A stretch of 6,214 nucleotides of DNA from a virus. Position numbers and translations under genes: made by a program. Positions within the stretch are counted from its first letter, which is position 1, and each line of letters opens with the position of its first letter. This document shows, one piece after another, positions 1-4,729 of the stretch. The DNA is taken from the IMG/VR virus record IMGVR_UViG_3300045988_026359, positions 1 to 6,214 of that record; one strand, 5' to 3'. The notes below the pieces were generated by a model, which did not search any database, was not told the DNA's origin, and was given only the letters and a program-made list of their open reading frames with translations.

Positions 1-55
1 CAGCAGACGTCATATAGTCCGTCATCTGAGTAAACGCCTGAGGAAGAGCGCGAGA
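1..55. repeat. Terminal direct repeat, copy 1; circular-genome closure overlap
   Basis: The 55 nt cagcagacgtcatatagtccgtcatctgagtaaacgcctgaggaagagcgcgaga at 1..55 are identical, base for base, to 6160..6214. The capsid reading frame runs through the junction without interruption. Confidence 0.97.
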
Positions 56-304
56 AATCAAGCGTAACGGCACAGCATAAAAGTCATAATACTCTTTAAT
101 ACGAGTATATGCAGCCGTATTAACGGGAACAGTACGAGTAAACCACTCAGAAGAAATACGATATTTGTTACCAGGAATAGCAATCTGCCAATAACAAGGA
201 AGGATCTCTCCGACTTTTGCCGTAAATAGTTTTTTGCTAGACAAATCAAAGGAAGAGCGATGAACGGCAATTTTCGCTCGATCCAACGGATTAAAATCAC
301 TCAT
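1..304 (-). CDS. VP1: Major capsid protein VP1 (phiX174 F homologue), N-terminal segment; continues across the circular junction into 4730..6214
   Basis: My hand translation of the reverse complement from the ATG at 302..304 gives MSDFNPLDRAKIAVHRSSFDLSSKKLFTAKVGEILPCYWQIAIPGNKYRISSEWFTRTVPVNTAAYTRIKEYYDFYAVPLRLISRALPQAFTQMTDYMTSA with no stop before position 1. It joins in frame to the 484-aa ORF, since 6184 is equivalent to 25 and both are 1 mod 3. The N-terminal pattern R-S-x-F-D-L-S ... K-x-G-E-L/I-x-P ... P-G-D/N ... R-T-x-P ... Y-D-F-x-x-V-P is typical of Microviridae capsid proteins. The ORF track misses this segment because it runs off the window edge. Confidence 0.93.
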   Translation of the reverse strand, partial: MSDFNPLDRAKIAVHRSSFDLSSKKLFTAKVGEILPCYWQIAIPGNKYRISSEWFTRTVPVNTAAYTRIKEYYDFYAVPLRLISRALPQAFTQMTDYMTSA

Positions 305-325
305 AAATAATTAAAAATTAACAAG

Positions 326-2146
326 TTAAATCATCTGGTTAAATATATCATTCGCGTCATTAAGCTTCTTATGCTTGATCATATCGCGGCAGAAGGTAGC
401 AGCACGGAAATCAAGACATCTTTGTAAATCGCTACTTTGCCTACTATCATAGGCACTTCTTGTATCGGGTTTCGCGGATTTGATGTAATTACAAGCCGCG
501 AGAAATGGGATTCGGGGGTCATCAAACGGAACGCATACCTGTTCTTTAATGGGACGAACAAATCCGTCTGCATATTCTCCGTCTTCTCCGATACCAATGG
601 TCGCCATTTCGCATCCTTCGGCTGGTACATAGAAATACCGAAGCATAGGGGCTGGCAAAGTCTGTTGTATTCGCAACGAATCACACATTCGTACATAGTC
701 CGCTTTCTTTTCATATTCTATTCCAGTTTTGAGGATAAAATCAATACGACTGGCATAAGAATCAAGATTGCCACCAATGGGAGGCAAATGCCAGTTCCTA
801 AGGAACTTACTGACATAAAGGAATAGCCGATATAACTTATTAATATAAGATTCAATATCGACATCAGAAGAACTGTTACAGAGCCTAGTAAGGCACCGAG
901 CATTATGTAATATAATTTCGTCTTCATTGGGTAAATGATGATTCAATGTAAGATACTGATAATAAGCACGAACAATAGAAAGGACAGAATCAGAATCATA
1001 ATCTATGATACCGAACCTTGCAATTCTTTTTGGCGCGCTTGCAACAGCTCGAATAATTCCAGCAATCGCAATAGCATCGTCATAACGAGCACTTGAGAAT
1101 CGGGGGAGTAAGGTACGGATATACGACATGGGGGGAGTTGAGTTAACACTAATCCCGTTGAAGTTATAGATTCGTCCATTAATGACAGAATCGATCTTTT
1201 GTTCAATCGCGTGATAGATGTCTTCACTCTCCTCAAAAACCTCGCCTTTCTCAAAAAATCCAATAGACGCTCTTTGGCGGGGTTTAAACGCACGACATGA
1301 TCTATATAACAGGGGAGTAGAGCAAGAGCTATTAATGTAACCCGCAACGTACGATGCAGCTCCACCGCGGGAAGTCTGGAAATCTGAACGACCGAGCTTC
1401 CAACTCTTATCATGACACTGTCGTAATACCTTTGGGATCTGTTCCGAGTTTGTGAATAGTAAGATATGATAATGCGGGCGGAAATGGACTGGTCCATATT
1501 CACCCACAGCGTAGAAATGTAACGTCTCATAAGAACCTAAAACCGTTTTTAAATGTTTACGCAATCGTTTAATATAATTCTGAACATCAACATAATTCAA
1601 ATAAGGGATAAGATTATCTCCGTATCTAGCGGAAAGTTCTCCTTCTTTACCGTAAGGCGTAGCGGACTGCGTCTTAGCAATAAAGGAACGGATAGCATCC
1701 ATAGAAAGAAACCAATTATCCTTAACCGGTTCATGCTGACCTGATTCACGGTTATACGGAACTGTACCCTGTACTTGTGTAAAGTATATATGACGCAATT
1801 GTTGTGAATCTGAGCAACTATACTCGGATACCGGGACACACGAATGTTTTTCATAACCATAAACAAAACCGGAATCACTTAAAACATCGTCGTATTCAGA
1901 GTGGTGCACCTCGCAATTAAACAACGGAATGTGCTCATTATCATAGGTGAGCGTAACAAACCAACAATGTTCGAAGGCACTTCCAGCGGTCTTCACACGC
2001 ATAGACGCCTTTTGAGCTCGCTTATGGATACAATAGTCGCATTGACCACAATCTACAGCGATACGCTTACCCGTATATCTGTTGGTAATAAATGAGCGAT
2101 GCTGACAATGATCAGCAGCTTTAAGCAACTCCGGTGTATATTTCAT
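326..2146 (-). CDS. VP4: Replication initiation protein VP4 (HUH rolling-circle endonuclease, phiX174 A homologue), 606 aa
   Basis: N-terminal Cys cluster CGQCDYC. Motif I FVTLTY at 1943..1960. KRLRK box. Motif II RPHYHILLF, with H-Y-H at 1466..1474. Motif III with two Tyr three residues apart, YVAGYINS (Y-V-A-G-Y at 1337..1351), comparable to the phiX174 A active-site Y-x-x-x-Y. I verified all of these by translating the stated coordinates by hand. Confidence 0.93.
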   Translation of the reverse strand: MKYTPELLKAADHCQHRSFITNRYTGKRIAVDCGQCDYCIHKRAQKASMRVKTAGSAFEHCWFVTLTYDNEHIPLFNCEVHHSEYDDVLSDSGFVYGYEKHSCVPVSEYSCSDSQQLRHIYFTQVQGTVPYNRESGQHEPVKDNWFLSMDAIRSFIAKTQSATPYGKEGELSARYGDNLIPYLNYVDVQNYIKRLRKHLKTVLGSYETLHFYAVGEYGPVHFRPHYHILLFTNSEQIPKVLRQCHDKSWKLGRSDFQTSRGGAASYVAGYINSSCSTPLLYRSCRAFKPRQRASIGFFEKGEVFEESEDIYHAIEQKIDSVINGRIYNFNGISVNSTPPMSYIRTLLPRFSSARYDDAIAIAGIIRAVASAPKRIARFGIIDYDSDSVLSIVRAYYQYLTLNHHLPNEDEIILHNARCLTRLCNSSSDVDIESYINKLYRLFLYVSKFLRNWHLPPIGGNLDSYASRIDFILKTGIEYEKKADYVRMCDSLRIQQTLPAPMLRYFYVPAEGCEMATIGIGEDGEYADGFVRPIKEQVCVPFDDPRIPFLAACNYIKSAKPDTRSAYDSRQSSDLQRCLDFRAATFCRDMIKHKKLNDANDIFNQMI

Positions 2147-2151
2147 AATTA

Positions 2152-2457
2152 TTATCTTTTATCAATCACTTGGCGACGACTACGCGGACCAAACGAAACA
2201 TGAATAAAACCAGAGTAAATGATAAGTTGGTCAAAAGGAGAAGCATAATCAGAATAACTATGAATCAACTCAAGCAACTTACTAAAACCAGTAGAACCGT
2301 AAGGTTTGATATCAATAGCTTCACCTATCAGATGTTGAGAATTAGGAGCGCCATTACAAGCCTTGTTCTGTTCAGGAGTACGCCTCGCACTAGTCACCGT
2401 AAAATGAGCGTTAGAATAAAGCAAATACTCAAGGAAACACATAAGGGAATAGTTCAT
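2152..2457 (-). CDS. Peptidase M15 family (Peptidase_M15_3 / LAS-type zinc D-Ala-D-Ala peptidase-like) cell-wall hydrolase, 101 aa; candidate endolysin
   Basis: The sequence ...VTSARRTPEQNKACNGAPNSQHLIGEAIDI... contains the S-x-H-x-x-G-x-A-x-D zinc-binding signature exactly (SQHLIGEAID, 2311..2340). It is preceded by the S-x-R-T/S-P-E-x-N segment typical of this family. The distal His sits in FIHVS (His at 2200..2202). The start ATG overlaps the stop of the upstream small ORF (TTATGA). The stop lies 5 nt before the VP4 ATG. Confidence 0.88.
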   Translation of the reverse strand: MNYSLMCFLEYLLYSNAHFTVTSARRTPEQNKACNGAPNSQHLIGEAIDIKPYGSTGFSKLLELIHSYSDYASPFDQLIIYSGFIHVSFGPRSRRQVIDKR

Positions 2458-2537
2458 AATCCGATAGCATTAAGAATGTAACCAAGCGCAGCAGAAACAG
2501 CACCAATTATAATTTTCCAAATATTATTACTTTTCAT
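2454..2537 (-). CDS. Small hydrophobic micro-ORF, 27 aa (MKSNNIWKIIIGAVSAALGYILNAIGL), with one predicted transmembrane helix; possible holin-like or membrane partner of the peptidase
   Basis: The ATG at 2535..2537 overlaps the last codons of the 64-aa ORF (overlap 2527..2537). Its TGA overlaps the peptidase ATG (ATGA at 2454..2457). It has a short polar N-terminus followed by about 21 uncharged, mostly hydrophobic residues. It is the 3' part of the 74-aa frame 2454..2678. Support is contextual only, because the ORF is too short for composition statistics. Confidence 0.35.
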   Translation of the reverse strand: MKSNNIWKIIIGAVSAALGYILNAIGL

Positions 2538-2721
2538 CAGCTTGAGTTTTAAGTTCGACAAAGTCATTTTCTTCTTTAATTGAATCCACAATAACAATAA
2601 GACCCAACGAAGAAACTCGCTCAGAATAATATCCAAGATCATCCAAAGAATTGACAATATAAGGCGGTATGACATCACGACCAGTCTGTTTTTCTTTAAG
2701 GGAAATAATAAATTTCAGCAT
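2527..2721 (-). CDS. Hypothetical protein, 64 aa, acidic
   Basis: It is the first ORF downstream of the long non-coding region on the coding strand. Its composition looks like a balanced globular protein (MLKFIISLKEKQTGRDVIPPYIVNSLDDLGYYSERVSSLGLIVIVDSIKEENDFVELKTQADEK). It packs tightly against the following ORFs. I recognise no motif in it. Confidence 0.5.
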   Translation of the reverse strand: MLKFIISLKEKQTGRDVIPPYIVNSLDDLGYYSERVSSLGLIVIVDSIKEENDFVELKTQADEK

Positions 2722-2772
2722 AATTGTAAAATTTTAAATGTTAATAATTTAACGAGTTGGTTTCTACAGGGG

Positions 2773-2803
2773 CAAAGGAAAGCATTATTTTCGAATAAAC
2801 AAA
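2773..2803 (-). promoter_or_regulatory. Candidate Bacteroidota-type promoter (-33 TTTG, 19-nt spacer, -7-like TTCCTTTG)
   Basis: The minus strand reads TTTG (complement of 2800..2803), then 19 nt, then TTCCTTTG (complement of 2773..2780). The Bacteroides consensus is TTTG-N19-21-TAnnTTTG, so there is one mismatch (T for A). The -7-like box ends 51 nt upstream of the ATG at 2721, and the element lies downstream of the terminator-like hairpin. The call depends on a host assignment that is itself inferred. Confidence 0.25.
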
Positions 2804-2868
2804 ATATTTCGGAGTTTTTTATTCTACGGTTAGGGTGTGAGTTGTGCGTTTATGGACAAGAGAGACCG

Positions 2869-2891
2869 AATTTGAGATGATAACTCAAATT
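2869..2891. repeat. Inverted repeat / stem-loop (8-bp stem, 7-nt loop)
   Basis: aatttgag (2869..2876) pairs perfectly with ctcaaatt (2884..2891), with loop atgataa. It is flanked by a further 7-bp complementarity, agttgtg (2840..2846) with cacaact (2901..2907). Confidence 0.6.
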
Positions 2892-2924
2892 TCCTCCGGA
2901 CACAACTAGGGGCTTCGCTTGATT

Positions 2925-2966
2925 AAAACAAAAAAAAGTCCTAGATCCATTACTAATAGATCCAGG
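2925..2966 (-). terminator. Intrinsic-terminator-like hairpin followed by a T-tract on the coding strand
   Basis: The minus strand reads CCTGGATC-tattagtaatg-GATCTAGG-AC-TTTTTTTTGTTTT. The stem pairs 2959..2966 with 2940..2947. It has 8 pairs, one of which is G:T(U) on the minus strand but an A:C mismatch on the plus strand, so the structure favours the coding strand. The loop is 11 nt. The T8-G-T4 tract is the complement of 2925..2937. Confidence 0.5.
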
Positions 2967-2996
2967 GCGTGGATGCATACAAAGGTGTATAGGCAC

Positions 2997-3018
2997 GGCA
3001 GGTCAGATAGAACCTGCC
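2997..3018. repeat. Inverted repeat / stem-loop (7-bp stem, 8-nt loop)
   Basis: ggcaggt (2997..3003) pairs perfectly with acctgcc (3012..3018), with loop cagataga. Confidence 0.6.
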
Positions 3019-3043
3019 TTTGCGCACCTACGTGCTAAAATAC

Positions 3044-3077
3044 CGAAGCGAAACGCTTCTCCAAGGAAGTCGCTTCG
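3044..3077. repeat. Nested or alternative stem-loops built from GAAGCG/CGCTTC repeats
   Basis: Inner hairpin: gaagcg (3045..3050), aaa loop, cgcttc (3054..3059). Competing outer helix: cgaagcga (3044..3051) with tcgcttcg (3070..3077), 8 bp, plus cttc (3056..3059) with gaag (3066..3069). A further gcttcgct copy sits at 2912..2919, matching 3072..3079. Confidence 0.6.
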
Positions 3078-3103
3078 CTCCGTTTTATAAAGGCCCTACG
3101 CGG

Positions 3104-3136
3104 GCGGCGGGTGTATATCGCTCAAACGCCGCGATA
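3104..3136. repeat. GC-rich stem-loop immediately downstream of VP2, with two mutually exclusive pairings
   Basis: gcggcg (3104..3109) pairs with cgccgc (3127..3132): 6 G:C pairs and a 17-nt loop. Alternatively tatcgc (3116..3121) pairs with gcgata (3131..3136): 6 bp and a 9-nt loop. It is the GC-richest patch in the window. Confidence 0.55.
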
Positions 3137-3154
3137 GGCTTTTAGTCCTGAAGA

Positions 3155-4276
3155 TTAATAACCTATTCCATTGGCCGAGGAAGGATTACCACGAGAACTG
3201 ATCCTTAGCTTAGGCATGTTCTGAAAGATCTTCGTACCATAATCTACAGCATTACGTAGACCATAAGTATCAAAATCCTTCTTGGCATTTCCAGCAGACC
3301 ACTTATAATAATCGCGCAAGGCCTTGTCCTTAGAATACTGCATATTCTTACGATTATTGACGTTCTTGTAGTCCCAAAGAGAATCATAATACTGTGTATA
3401 GTAAGCCATATTAGTAGCACTCATAAGAGCATCGGCAGTACCAGCAGCTATCCTATTAGAAATCTTCTGTCCTTGCGTCTGAGCAGCTATCTGGATTGCA
3501 CGTTGAAGTTCAGTTTGAACCTGGCGCTCAGTCAAAGCGCCTTGCTGTACAAGGTTATAAAGATACTGAGCTTTTGTAAACAGATCCGCTTGCTGTTGAG
3601 CATCCATATATCTATTCAGAATAACTTGAGAATCAGATTGAAGATAAATTTGCGACGTTTGAGCGGCCGAAAGCTTTCCTGCTGAAACAGCGTTCTCCAG
3701 TCGCTGACGCTCCATAGACTGATCCAACTCGGCAGATATACGGCCTGTCTGCTTATTCCAATAACCAGATTCACCGACACCTATCTGCCTATAATCCGTA
3801 TCACCTTGCATCTTCTTAATCATATACGGAGTCATAGTATCAATCTGATTAGATTCAGATATAAGCTTCTTGGCTTGAGCGAATGAGGCCAAAGCAGTAT
3901 CCACGCTTGAAAAGTCGGGATGAAAAGCCTGGGCAGGAATAGGACTAACAGCAGAAGCCTGAGCACCAGAAGGGGAAGAACCTGAGCCAGAACCAGTCTG
4001 AGCAGCAGAACCAGACATAAACGGATTCAAACCACGGGAAATCATAGCTTCAGGAGAATTATATTCTCGCGATTCATCAACCATTTTTTCTTGCCAATCA
4101 CGCTGTTTCTGGGCTTCCAGCATATTGAACTTATTAGTAGTCTGAGTATTGCGGAAATTAGCACGATTAGCGCTAGACTGTTGCAATGAACCAAAGATAC
4201 CACTAATAGCAGCACCAAGAAAATGATGTTCATTTCTAGGAGAGAGTATGCTCTCTCCAATCTCTAAATACCTCAT
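3155..4276 (-). CDS. VP2: Minor capsid / DNA pilot protein VP2 (functional analogue of phiX174 H), 373 aa
   Basis: The N-terminal Gly/Ala/Ser segment GAAISGIFGSL is followed by ANRANFRNTQTTNKFNMLEAQKQRDWQEKM...YNSPEAMISRGLNPFM. This matches the N...N...A-x-K-x-R-D/E-W-Q-E-x-M ... G-L-N-P pattern of Gokushovirinae/Alpavirinae VP2. A Ser/Gly/Ala-rich linker lies at 3929..4015, and the C-terminal part is Gln-rich and helical-looking. The ATG overlaps the upstream stop (CAATGA at 4273..4276). Confidence 0.85.
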   Translation of the reverse strand: MRYLEIGESILSPRNEHHFLGAAISGIFGSLQQSSANRANFRNTQTTNKFNMLEAQKQRDWQEKMVDESREYNSPEAMISRGLNPFMSGSAAQTGSGSGSSPSGAQASAVSPIPAQAFHPDFSSVDTALASFAQAKKLISESNQIDTMTPYMIKKMQGDTDYRQIGVGESGYWNKQTGRISAELDQSMERQRLENAVSAGKLSAAQTSQIYLQSDSQVILNRYMDAQQQADLFTKAQYLYNLVQQGALTERQVQTELQRAIQIAAQTQGQKISNRIAAGTADALMSATNMAYYTQYYDSLWDYKNVNNRKNMQYSKDKALRDYYKWSAGNAKKDFDTYGLRNAVDYGTKIFQNMPKLRISSRGNPSSANGIGY

Positions 4277-4719
4277 TGCGCACTAGCGGCAGGGGCGGTA
4301 ACCTCTTGGGCGGGCGCTGCCGTTTCCTCTGCCAGCATAGACTTGGCATATGCAGTCAACTCAGATTTCTCATTAGCCAATTGTTGTAACACAGCCTGGC
4401 GTTCAGACATAGTCTGACAATGACGAGAAATAACACAATTAAAACGTTCCTCATCCGTCATGCCGTCCATCACAGTAGATTGAGTAGGATGCATTTGAGC
4501 AAGGATATCATTGACGTTCATATCACCAAGCAAACGACGGTACTTTTCCTGGTTCAGAAGGATCTGAGTCATATCACACTGGATCAGATCACCGTCAAGA
4601 GTCTTATCATACATAACCGGATCATAAGCAGAAGCCTGGTAGCACGGATTGTCTTCCTTCAGCTCGGGAACATACGAATCTCTTTCAAAATTCTCATTTT
4701 TATAAGCAAAACTTCTCAT
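4273..4719 (-). CDS. Putative internal scaffolding protein (VP3-like) / hypothetical protein, 148 aa
   Basis: An acidic 148-aa ORF that starts at the ATG 4717..4719, 10 nt after the VP1 stop, and ends in an ATGA overlap with VP2. Its size and its position between capsid and pilot genes fit a VP3-type scaffold, but I recognise no diagnostic motif. The 190-aa version in the ORF track begins inside VP1 in another frame. An alternative start is at 4744..4746. Confidence 0.6.
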   Translation of the reverse strand: MRSFAYKNENFERDSYVPELKEDNPCYQASAYDPVMYDKTLDGDLIQCDMTQILLNQEKYRRLLGDMNVNDILAQMHPTQSTVMDGMTDEERFNCVISRHCQTMSERQAVLQQLANEKSELTAYAKSMLAEETAAPAQEVTAPAASAQ

Positions 4720-4729
4720 AATCAATACA

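Noticed and set aside
1-55. The terminal 55-nt repeat as a biological terminal repeat, att site or transposon end
   Set aside because: The repeat lies inside the capsid coding sequence, and the frame reads through it once. A genuine duplication would disrupt or duplicate capsid codons. A circular-contig overlap is the simple explanation.
58-300. 80-aa minus-strand ORF from the track (MILIRWIERKLPF...)
   Set aside because: It lies entirely inside the N-terminal part of VP1 in a different frame (start 300 versus 304). It has a Leu/Ile/Phe-rich, low-information composition. The conserved capsid N-terminus in the other frame fully explains this stretch.
305-330. TAACTTG followed by an A/T-rich run in the VP4-VP1 spacer (minus strand TTTAACTTGTTAATTTTTAATTATTT), resembling the phiX174 origin core CAACTTG/ATATTAATAAC
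   Set aside because: Only the hexamer AACTTG matches, and the same hexamer occurs at least once more on the coding strand (complement of 4754..4759). A 6-mer is expected by chance in 6 kb. The nick-site sequence of non-phiX microviruses is not something I can assert. It is worth remembering only if VP4 nicking assays are done.
326-1250. A possible helicase/NTPase or integrase domain in the C-terminal half of VP4
   Set aside because: No Walker A (G-x4-G-K-S/T), Walker B or tyrosine-recombinase R..H-x-x-R..Y pattern can be found by eye. The region stays unassigned rather than being given a function.
2850-2978. 42-codon minus-strand ORF in the intergenic region (MHPRPGSISNGSRTFFCFNQAKPLVVSGGNLSYHLKFGLSCP)
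   Set aside because: It reads straight through the terminator-like hairpin and T-tract and the 2869..2891 stem-loop. It is not markedly basic, unlike the small J/VP8-type DNA-binding proteins. It has no coupling to other genes. It is more likely a chance ORF in structured non-coding DNA.
2722-3154. A tRNA, CRISPR array or other RNA gene in the long intergenic region
   Set aside because: No cloverleaf arrangement can be built: there is no acceptor stem with T-arm GTTC-type and D-arm features. The repeats are short inverted repeats, not spaced direct repeats of 24-40 nt.
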